Source: a virus
Taxonomy: Duplodnaviria; Caudoviricetes
DNA: 56,011 bases
Strand: one strand, 5' to 3'
Virus record (IMG/VR): IMGVR_UViG_3300010413_000038
Location: 1 to 56,011 of that record
Part shown: positions 48,991-55,959 of the stretch, one piece after another
Layout of the letters: each line of letters begins with the position of its first letter
How positions within the stretch are numbered: the first letter of the stretch is position 1
Notes under the pieces: model-generated
Database searches by the model: none
What the model was told of the DNA's origin: nothing
The model's input: only the letters and a program-made list of their open reading frames with translations
Position numbers and translations under genes: made by a program

Positions 48991-49403
48991 TGTATAAACT
49001 AGGAAAATCAAGTCTTAATAATATAAGTAATATCAATGAATTACTTCAGATATTAGTTAAAAAAGCAATAATCATATCTAAAATTGATTTTGGAATAATA
49101 AGTAACGGTGGGTTGAGAACATCAGAAGAACAAAACGAATTATTCAAAAGAGGAGTATCTAAATGTGATGGATATAAAAAAATATCTTATCATCAAACCG
49201 GAAATGCTGTTGATTTAATTCCTTATACTGGATATAGATATACATGGGATATAATTGAGTATTTTTACGCTATAAATGAGGCTATAATGAAATCATGGGA
49301 AGAAATGAAGGAAGAAGGATTAACTAACGGATATAGTCTTATTTGGGGAGGTAATTGGACTAATTTTAAAGACTACCCACATTATGAATTAAGGGAAATA
49401 TGA
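48990..49403 (+). CDS. Endolysin, M15 family L-Ala-D-Glu peptidase
   Basis: GLRTSEEQ..L, SYHQTGNAVD, WGGNW..FKDYPHYEL. Confidence 0.92.
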   Translation: MYKLGKSSLNNISNINELLQILVKKAIIISKIDFGIISNGGLRTSEEQNELFKRGVSKCDGYKKISYHQTGNAVDLIPYTGYRYTWDIIEYFYAINEAIMKSWEEMKEEGLTNGYSLIWGGNWTNFKDYPHYELREI

Positions 49404-49786
49404 TACTATTAATTTATTCAATAATAATTATACTTTCAGCCTTGACTGATGCACTGTTTTTTCAGGGTGAAAAGGCACTTTCTAAGCTAGTAGAGACGAT
49501 TTTAACCGCCGGTATTATATCTGTGCCTTTTATATATAAAATACATTTAAATAAACGTTTAAAAATTGAATATTTCGTAGCTATTGGAGTTATGTATATC
49601 TGTTTGCGTATTAGCTTGTTTGATTTTGTTTTTAATGTAGCTTCAGGGTTACCCGTAAATCATACAGGGACAACTACATTTATTTGGGATGCATTACTAT
49701 CTTATCTAAAATCATGGCAATTTTGGGTAATGAGAGGATTTTTCTTTACCTTAGCGTGGTTAGTTTGGACTCATAAATTGAGATAA
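49400..49786 (+). CDS. Membrane protein
   Basis: Multiple TM helices. Confidence 0.65.
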   Translation: MILLIYSIIIILSALTDALFFQGEKALSKLVETILTAGIISVPFIYKIHLNKRLKIEYFVAIGVMYICLRISLFDFVFNVASGLPVNHTGTTTFIWDALLSYLKSWQFWVMRGFFFTLAWLVWTHKLR

Positions 49787-49787
49787 T

Positions 49788-50030
49788 ATGAAGGATTTTT
49801 TACTCGGCTGGGCAATAATATCAACATTAATTAATATATATGTCATTTGGTTACTTTCAAAAAAACCGCTCACTGAAAATAATATTGAAAATTTAAAACA
49901 GAAAAACAAGCGAAATAAGCAATCTAACATTGATAATGATATAAGTAGTCGGATTGACTTAGAAAACGTAAACAACGATAAAAAACAGCGCAAAAAGCGC
50001 AAAATATTCACTAAAAAGGATAAAGTATGA
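49788..50030 (+). CDS. Single-TM basic protein (possible spanin component)
   Basis: N-terminal TM; lysis region. Confidence 0.45.
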   Translation: MKDFLLGWAIISTLINIYVIWLLSKKPLTENNIENLKQKNKRNKQSNIDNDISSRIDLENVNNDKKQRKKRKIFTKKDKV

Positions 50031-50380
50031 ATTCATTACTAAAAGGTTTAATCATGGGTCTGATCGGAGCGATTGGAGCCGCTCTTTCAGACATGGAAAC
50101 TATGAATGTTGCGTACATTGTATTAGTTTCAGTGATTTTCGTGTTTCAGTATTCTGTTAAAAATTGGCTTATGCCTAGTATTTCTGATAAATTTTCTGTT
50201 GATATACAGGATTTAATAAGCGGAGTTTTAGCAGCTGTATTCATGGGTATTTCTGTGTATGCTGCAAGCTTATTAACAGGGATTGAATTTACTTGGATAG
50301 CATTATGGAAGGCAACAGTAGTTGCAATAATAGGTTATTTTAGTAAAACAATACCATCAAAAGCAAAGGCAGTAAAATAG
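50027..50380 (+). CDS. Holin-like four-TM protein
   Basis: Four TM helices, basic C-terminus, end of late operon. Confidence 0.55.
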   Translation: MNSLLKGLIMGLIGAIGAALSDMETMNVAYIVLVSVIFVFQYSVKNWLMPSISDKFSVDIQDLISGVLAAVFMGISVYAASLLTGIEFTWIALWKATVVAIIGYFSKTIPSKAKAVK

Positions 50381-50414
50381 ATTATAACAGCGATAATTTC
50401 CCAAAATTAAATAG

Positions 50415-50442
50415 GCCGGATAATAAAAATCCGGCTTTTTTT
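50415..50442 (+). terminator. Late-operon terminator
   Basis: GCCGGAT-aataaaa-ATCCGGC plus T-tract. Confidence 0.85.
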
Positions 50443-50507
50443 ATTTATTTTTTGTAACCTTTTAAAAAAAATATCGTAAAAGAAAATATAACTAAAAACA
50501 AAAAGTC

Positions 50508-50690
50508 ATGAAACGTTTAGAAGAACTTGCAGAAGAAAGAAGAAAAAGACAGATTGAAAGATTTGAATCTATTGAAAAAGGAATTGAAAATCATAATACA
50601 ATGTTAGATTATTATGAAAAGACATGCCGTTTATTCGATATGACAGGACGCGGATTATCAAAAAATACTGGTAATTTAGAATTGTTTTAG
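50508..50690 (+). CDS. Hypothetical protein
   Basis: ORF after ECF-type promoter 50454. Confidence 0.6.
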   Translation: MKRLEELAEERRKRQIERFESIEKGIENHNTMLDYYEKTCRLFDMTGRGLSKNTGNLELF

Positions 50691-50780
50691 TAAAACATGA
50701 CAAATATCATAGTTATAGTGTAGCCTTGTTTTTATCTTTACGTAAAAGAAAGTATAATTAATAAAACTTACTTTAAAATT

Positions 50781-50963
50781 ATGGATTACATAGAACTAAA
50801 AACAGAGCATGGCGAGGCTTTATATAATGGAGAAACGCGTATAGTTGCCCACTTAACAAGAAACAAAGTATTAATGGAGTGTGAGATGCCTAGCGATTGG
50901 GCAAAAACACGGATATTTCAATTTATGGACAGCCTATTAAAAGCAAACGAAACCATAATTTAA
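50781..50963 (+). CDS. Hypothetical protein
   Basis: ORF after ECF-type promoter 50720. Confidence 0.6.
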   Translation: MDYIELKTEHGEALYNGETRIVAHLTRNKVLMECEMPSDWAKTRIFQFMDSLLKANETII

Positions 50964-50971
50964 TTGTGTTA

Positions 50972-51074
50972 TAACGGGATTGTGGTATGAAATCGAAACC
51001 GACAGCACCACAGCCAGAACAATGAACTACACTAACAGAGGTTTTGTTTTATACCACTTGTTACCAACTGGCGG
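50972..51074. repeat. Long attC-like hairpin plus cassette start (near-duplicate at 53800-53902)
   Basis: TAAC..GTGGTATGAAA..GAAACC ... GGTTTT.TTTTATACCAC-tt-GTTACCAACTGGCGG. Confidence 0.75.
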
Positions 51075-51185
51075 ACTTATCTTGCAAAAACGTTCATTAA
51101 ATGCTGAAAATAAAAAAAGCGAAGCGTGGGGATTTTTTTTCTTCTTTTTGCTTGTTTATTAAAAATATGTGTGTAAATTTGTAAC

Positions 51186-51347
51186 ATGAATGACACACAA
51201 AATAAAAACAGACGATTCCACTTATTTATTGAACAAAAATGGATTGATAGGCTAAAAATAGAAATGAACTCTTACGGCTTTACAACTGTTTCGTCATTCG
51301 TGAGATTTATAATTATAAAGTTCTTTGATAAAAATAAAAAGCAGTAG
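51186..51347 (+). CDS. Ribbon-helix-helix regulator (53 aa, absent from ORF track)
   Basis: RRFHLFI-EQKWIDRLKIEMNSYG-TTVSSFVRFII; promoter TAAATTTG at 51174. Confidence 0.65.
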   Translation: MNDTQNKNRRFHLFIEQKWIDRLKIEMNSYGFTTVSSFVRFIIIKFFDKNKKQ

Positions 51348-51486
51348 CGATAAGTGGGTTACTTCGCTATGGGAGCCGTGTGTCACTGGTTCGATTCCAG
51401 TATCCCTGCCAAATTAAAACAACATGCAGGGATTAGCTCAGTTGGTAGAGCAACGATACAGATTCCTACTTAAATTTTCTCTGCTT
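51339..51486 (+). ncRNA. yrlA: Y RNA (YrlA-like) 1
   Basis: 5'/3' closing stem with bulge and GCGA; T-arm ACTGG-TTCGATT-CCAGT, closed acceptor stem ATCCCTGC/GCAGGGAT, D-arm TAGCTCAGTTGGTAGAGC in permuted order; next to Ro60. Confidence 0.85.
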
Positions 51487-51496
51487 TTTAAAAATA

Positions 51497-51567
51497 TTGC
51501 AAGTGGCGATGAATGAGTTACTTCGTTTCGGATATGAAAAAATACTTATTCAATTTTTCCCTTGCAA
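51497..51567 (+). ncRNA. Minimal Y RNA-like 2 (Ro-binding stem only)
   Basis: TTGCAAG-T-GG-CGA-TGAATGAGT-TACTTCG ... ACTTATTCA-ATTTTT-CC-CTTGCAA; covaries with copies 1 and 3. Confidence 0.75.
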
Positions 51568-51572
51568 AGATA

Positions 51573-51710
51573 TTAGTGGTAGCGAAATGTGAGTTACTTC
51601 GAATGCTAATCGAGAGGTCGCAGGTTCGATTCCTGTCAAAATGGTGTATTCCGTTTTGTAGCTCAGTTGGTTAGAGCGCTAAAATTTCTCACGTTGATTT
51701 TCTCCACTAA
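51573..51710 (+). ncRNA. yrlA: Y RNA (YrlA-like) 3
   Basis: TTAGTGG/CCACTAA and AATGTGAG/CTCACGTT stems; T-arm GCAGG-TTCGATT-CCTGT; acceptor hairpin; D-arm TAGCTCAGTTGGTTAGAGC. Confidence 0.85.
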
Positions 51711-51719
51711 CTTATTTGC

Positions 51720-51759
51720 AAGGGTTACATAGCTATTTTATTGTGTAACCCTTTTTTTT
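51720..51759 (+). terminator. Terminator between Y RNAs and Ro60 gene
   Basis: AGGGTTACATA...TGTGTAACCCT plus long T-tract. Confidence 0.75.
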
Positions 51760-51787
51760 TGTTGAACTAATTTTAAATTTAATAGAT

Positions 51788-53218
51788 ATGTCAAGATTTA
51801 ACACTACTTCGGAAGGTACTAAAACCGTAAATTTAGCAGGTGGACAAGCATATAAACAAACACCTGAATTAGAATTGGTTTCAATATTGCTTACTTCGTT
51901 TGCAAATGACCAGTTTTATCGTTCATCTTCCGACACATTTGACACTTTAACGCAATTGATTTTAATGTGCGATAAAAAGTTTGTTGCGAAAGCTGCCATT
52001 TATGCAAGGACTAAATTTGGAATGCGTTCTATTTCTCACGTAGTTGCTTCCGAATTGGCAAAACATATTGGAGGTAATAAGTGGGCAAAAGATTTCTATG
52101 AATCTATTGTTTACAGACCTGACGATATGATGGAAATTTTATCGTATCATACATTAAAGAACGGTAAAATTCCAAATGCAATTAAGAAAGGTTTTGCTAA
52201 AGCATTTGATAAATTCGACCGTTATCAATTGGCTAAATATAGAGGTGAAGGGAAAGGATATAAATTGATTGATATTGTTAATTTAGTTCATCCAGTTCCG
52301 GTTGAAAAGAATGTAGATGCCATAAATGCACTTGTTAAAGGAGAATTGAAATCGTTCTATACTTGGGAATCTGAGTTAACACGTGCCGGGCAAAATGCGA
52401 CTTCTGAGGAAGAAAAGGCAGACTTTAAAAAAGATGTTTGGATTAAACTTGTAGGGGAACGTAAACTTGGATATTTTGCACTTTTGCGAAATCTTAGAAA
52501 CATTATTGAACAAGCACCTGAAGTTTTGGCCGAATCGCTTGAAATGCTTACGAATGAATCAATGATAAAAAAATCTTTGGTTTTACCGTTTCGATTTATT
52601 ACTGCTTTCGATGAAATTCAAAAGTTGAATAACGGTAAAATTGTTCGTGAAACATTGATTGCTTTGAATAAGGCTGTTGACATTTCAATTTCCAACGTTC
52701 CAAAGTTTGATGGTGAAACACTGGTTGTTTTGGACGTTTCCGGCTCTATGTCTGGAAAACCTGCTGTAATTGGCTCTCTGTTTTCTGCTGTTTTGGTAAA
52801 ATCAAACAACGCTGATTTTATGACATTTTCAGACAGGGCGCAATATCGAAACGTAAATCCAATGGATTCTACAATAACAATTGCAAATTCATTGCGCTTT
52901 TCGATGGGAGGAACCAATTTTCAAGACATTTTCAGGGTTGCAAACAAAAAGTATGACCGTGTAGTAATACTTTCAGATATGCAGGGATGGATAGGTTATT
53001 ACTCACCTGTTGCTGAATATAACAACTGGAAACGAGTTACCGGAGCAAATCCTTTTGTTTATTCGTTCGACCTTAATTCATACGGAAACATGCAATTTCC
53101 TGAACAGAATGTATTTTGTTTAGCTGGATTTTCTGACAAGGTTTTCGATATTATGAAACTTTTGGAACAAGATAAGAACGCATTAGTGAACGAGATTCGC
53201 AAAGTTTCTTTTTCCTAA
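51788..53218 (+). CDS. rsr: Ro60/Rsr RNA-binding protein (TROVE plus vWA domains)
   Basis: NLAGGQAY, FYRS, FDRYQLAKY, TWE, ALLRNLRN, LPFRF; vWA DVSGSM, GGT, LSDMQ. Confidence 0.95.
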   Translation: MSRFNTTSEGTKTVNLAGGQAYKQTPELELVSILLTSFANDQFYRSSSDTFDTLTQLILMCDKKFVAKAAIYARTKFGMRSISHVVASELAKHIGGNKWAKDFYESIVYRPDDMMEILSYHTLKNGKIPNAIKKGFAKAFDKFDRYQLAKYRGEGKGYKLIDIVNLVHPVPVEKNVDAINALVKGELKSFYTWESELTRAGQNATSEEEKADFKKDVWIKLVGERKLGYFALLRNLRNIIEQAPEVLAESLEMLTNESMIKKSLVLPFRFITAFDEIQKLNNGKIVRETLIALNKAVDISISNVPKFDGETLVVLDVSGSMSGKPAVIGSLFSAVLVKSNNADFMTFSDRAQYRNVNPMDSTITIANSLRFSMGGTNFQDIFRVANKKYDRVVILSDMQGWIGYYSPVAEYNNWKRVTGANPFVYSFDLNSYGNMQFPEQNVFCLAGFSDKVFDIMKLLEQDKNALVNEIRKVSFS

Positions 53219-53308
53219 TGGTTTTGAAAAAACCAATGTGCGGTGGGGCTTTTTTTATTTCTTCGCATACTTCTGTCGTTGATTAAATGAGCCGCCACCG
53301 CTTGTTGG

Positions 53309-53354
53309 TAACGAAGAGATAAAATGCGTTTCAATGCATTTTAATCGAATGTTA
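53309..53354. repeat. 46-bp attC-like palindrome, copy 7
   Basis: TAAC-gaaga-GATAAAATGC-gtttcaat-GCATTTTAATC-gaat-GTTA. Confidence 0.8.
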
Positions 53355-53408
53355 ACGTAACCTTTTAAATAATTTACCGTATAATCAGTATAACTAAAAA
53401 CAAAAGTC

Positions 53409-53627
53409 ATGTACGGTTCTATGCCAATATCGAAATACAGAATAGCCAGATATTTATTTCTTAGTGAATATACAAATTATGAAATTCCTGAGAAATTCAT
53501 AAATTTAGCAGTTAATGATTTGATGAAAAAACCGGATAGATTCTTGGTTAAGAAATTTAGGCGTAGGCATTATATAAATTTACGAGTTTTTGCGCCTGGA
53601 TTATTCCAAATAATTTACGATTTATAA
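53409..53627 (+). CDS. Hypothetical protein
   Basis: ORF after ECF-type promoter 53357. Confidence 0.6.
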   Translation: MYGSMPISKYRIARYLFLSEYTNYEIPEKFINLAVNDLMKKPDRFLVKKFRRRHYINLRVFAPGLFQIIYDL

Positions 53628-53799
53628 ACTAAAACTATGAAAAATAAGGTATATTATAATAAAGAAGAGGTTATATTAACCGGGAGAACTAACAAATTTC
53701 TATTTGAAGTTAAATTTCAAACAGGAGAAACTAGATTCATACACGTAGATGATTTAGATTTTATTTCTGATATAAGAGATAAGAATCACTTCTTTTAAT

Positions 53800-53902
53800 T
53801 AACGGATTGTGGTATGAAATCGAAACCGACACAACCACAGCCTAAACAATGAGAATAAGCAACCAGATATTTTGTTTTATGCCACTTGTTACCAACTGGC
53901 GG
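53800..53902. repeat. Long attC-like hairpin plus cassette start (near-duplicate of 50972-51074)
   Basis: TAAC-ggatt-GTGGTATGAAA ... TTTTATGCCAC-tt-GTTACCAACTGGCGG. Confidence 0.75.
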
Positions 53903-53955
53903 TTATAACGAACCTCGATTAAATGAACAGAAGTAATAATTAAATATTTAAACAG

Positions 53956-54126
53956 ATGAAAAAGATTTATAAAACTAAAGGATTACCATATTATGTGAAG
54001 AATTGTAATAATATTTTTGATGCGGTGGCAGAACTGCTTAAAAATAGAATAGGTGTAACAGAAAACGACTTGGAGGAAGTAAAAACAGACCTTATTCAGA
54101 TGGGTGCAAAAATATTTTGTGCATAA
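53956..54126 (+). CDS. Small cassette gene (56 aa, absent from ORF track) in cassette 53888-54198
   Basis: MKKIYKTKGLPYYV...KIFCA; leader and trailer homologous to those of the RNA ligase gene. Confidence 0.6.
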   Translation: MKKIYKTKGLPYYVKNCNNIFDAVAELLKNRIGVTENDLEEVKTDLIQMGAKIFCA

Positions 54127-54194
54127 CCATATTTAATTATGGACAAGTTACCACATAAGTCTGTTAAATGTACTGCCTTTCTTCCGCTTGTTGC

Positions 54195-54317
54195 TAACGG
54201 TTTAGCTATGAATAGTAGCGGATTAATAGCACAAATTTATCAAAATGAGATACAGTAAATTAATATTATAAACCTATCGAGTAGCACTAATACCACTATT
54301 ATTTATAGCTGTTGTTA
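54195..54317. repeat. Long attC-like hairpin
   Basis: TAAC-ggttt-AGCTATGAATAGTAG ... CTATTATTTATAGCT-gtt-GTTA. Confidence 0.75.
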
Positions 54318-54343
54318 TGCGCTGCAGATGCTAATTAAAAGAT

Positions 54344-54754
54344 ATGAGTTTAAGAAAATTAATACCAATGACCGATTTTGTAAATCAAATTTTAGCTTAT
54401 ACGAAAGAAAGCAATAATTACCAAAGAGGTATACAACTAATTGATTGGTATGCTGAATTAATACAGCAACCTATAAGTATGGAAATGTTTAAAGGCGATA
54501 ACCCTTTATTTCCGAATTTTAAAATTGTAGAATCTCAAAAAGAAGCCACAGAAAACAACTATAAAAATGCTATTTGGTATTTTGGCAATGGCGAATTTGC
54601 CACTACGCTTTATCGAAAATCAGAACACAGCACAACAAAGTCAGGAATGTGTTTTATTACCAGTTTTCATTTAAGTACAATTGAACAACTTTGTGATAAA
54701 GATATTGATTTTAGTATGTTATCTGAATATGCAGAGAGTGACATATTTGATTAG
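54344..54754 (+). CDS. Hypothetical protein in cassette 54314-54766
   Basis: KLIPMTDFV..YA.LI.QP...MF; cassette ends GTTATGCGC / GCGCATAAC. Confidence 0.75.
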   Translation: MSLRKLIPMTDFVNQILAYTKESNNYQRGIQLIDWYAELIQQPISMEMFKGDNPLFPNFKIVESQKEATENNYKNAIWYFGNGEFATTLYRKSEHSTTKSGMCFITSFHLSTIEQLCDKDIDFSMLSEYAESDIFD

Positions 54755-54762
54755 GTTGCGCA

Positions 54763-54808
54763 TAACAAAGAGATAAAATCTGTTTTTATGGATTTTCATC
54801 GATTGTTA
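54763..54808. repeat. 46-bp attC-like palindrome, copy 8
   Basis: TAAC-aaaga-GATAAAATC..GATTTT-C-ATC-gatt-GTTA. Confidence 0.8.
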
Positions 54809-54853
54809 ACGTAACCTTATTAATTCAATTACGTATACTCTAATAAAAAATCT

Positions 54854-55147
54854 ATGGAACTTCATAATTATAAAATATTCATTCAGGATCAGATAAGTAA
54901 AAATGGGTTTAATCGTTATGATAAACAGCGATATGCAATGAAACTTTTTTGGTATTTAAAAAAGATTGATTACGCATATCCAATATTTAAAAACAAGCAA
55001 TTAATAGGATTTAATCTATATACTTTAAAGGATTTCTGGGAAATAATTAACTCATTATATCTTGATAAATGGAAATCAAGTGAAAATAGTACTGGTACAA
55101 AATGGTATTATGAAAATGCTGTTTCTGGAACCTATACTGGTGATTAA
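54854..55147 (+). CDS. Hypothetical protein
   Basis: ORF after ECF-type promoter 54811. Confidence 0.6.
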   Translation: MELHNYKIFIQDQISKNGFNRYDKQRYAMKLFWYLKKIDYAYPIFKNKQLIGFNLYTLKDFWEIINSLYLDKWKSSENSTGTKWYYENAVSGTYTGD

Positions 55148-55340
55148 ATAAATATTAATATAAAACGCTTAAAGATATGTTATCTCAATTACAGGATTTA
55201 ATTTCAGAAAATAATATATCAGAAATCCTAAAAATCAAATCAGAATTAGAAGAACTAGAGAAATATATACCTATAGAGCTTTTCAGCACTGAAAATAGGG
55301 AAGCAAAAGAACTAATAGACGAACATTTAAACGAAAAATT

Positions 55341-55574
55341 ATGAAGCCGTATACAGAAAATCAATTAAAAGCCGCTGCATCTGCTGCAAGCTTAGAAATA
55401 ATGAATAGAAATTTAAGCGAATCAGAACAAAGGCATGCGATGTTTATTAAAGGTGCAAGGTTCGCAGAAACCGAATTCCTGACAGAGGTATGTAATCCAA
55501 TAAAAATGGAAATAGACAGACTAAGGGATGAAAATAAAATGCTTAAGGATAAGATTGTTAAATTAACAGAATAA
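55341..55574 (+). CDS. Hypothetical protein
   Basis: ORF; FIKGARFA motif plus coiled coil. Confidence 0.6.
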   Translation: MKPYTENQLKAAASAASLEIMNRNLSESEQRHAMFIKGARFAETEFLTEVCNPIKMEIDRLRDENKMLKDKIVKLTE

Positions 55575-55588
55575 TTTTTTCATGCTTT

Positions 55589-55804
55589 ATGAAATACATA
55601 CAATTAGGATTACATCTCACGGATGATTTAGGAATAAAATCGGTAACTATTGATCATAATGAAACTGATTTACTGAGTGATTCAAAGCTAATAAACTTGA
55701 TTGCACTTGCCTTATTGAAAAGCATTCACTTAAATAAAAGTGATTTGGAATTTCAGGATATGTTAAATGAATTAGGGATTGTAAAATCAAAAAAAAATAG
55801 ATGA
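55589..55804 (+). CDS. Hypothetical protein
   Basis: ORF. Confidence 0.5.
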   Translation: MKYIQLGLHLTDDLGIKSVTIDHNETDLLSDSKLINLIALALLKSIHLNKSDLEFQDMLNELGIVKSKKNR

Positions 55805-55959
55805 ATACTGAATATTCAAATAAATGTGACAAATGCAAAAGTATTGGTAAAGAAACTCATGCAAGGAGATACTTTAAAAAGATTGATAATAAGTGGCTGT
55901 ATCTATGTTATGGATGTTGGACTCTTTTAAATGAAGTGATTTGTAGTGAGCAAACCTAG
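55801..55959 (+). CDS. Small zinc-finger protein crossing the assembly junction (52 aa)
   Basis: CDKC...LCYGC. Confidence 0.55.
   Translation: MNTEYSNKCDKCKSIGKETHARRYFKKIDNKWLYLCYGCWTLLNEVICSEQT

Larger units (their letters stand above)
51060..53312 (+). mobile_element. Putative gene cassette carrying RHH regulator, three Y RNAs and Ro60
   Basis: Ends GTTACCAAC-TG-GCGG and CCGC-TT-GTTGGTAAC (perfect 9-bp inverted), bounded by attC-like hairpins. Confidence 0.65.

Noticed and set aside
50980-51162. 60-aa ORF as an independent gene
   Set aside because: Non-ATG start, lies across the att-like hairpin and the promoter T-tract; a leader peptide cannot be excluded but is unsupported
51339-51710. 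Conventional tRNA genes
   Set aside because: The T-arm precedes the D-arm and the acceptor stem is closed by a loop; this is the YrlA arrangement
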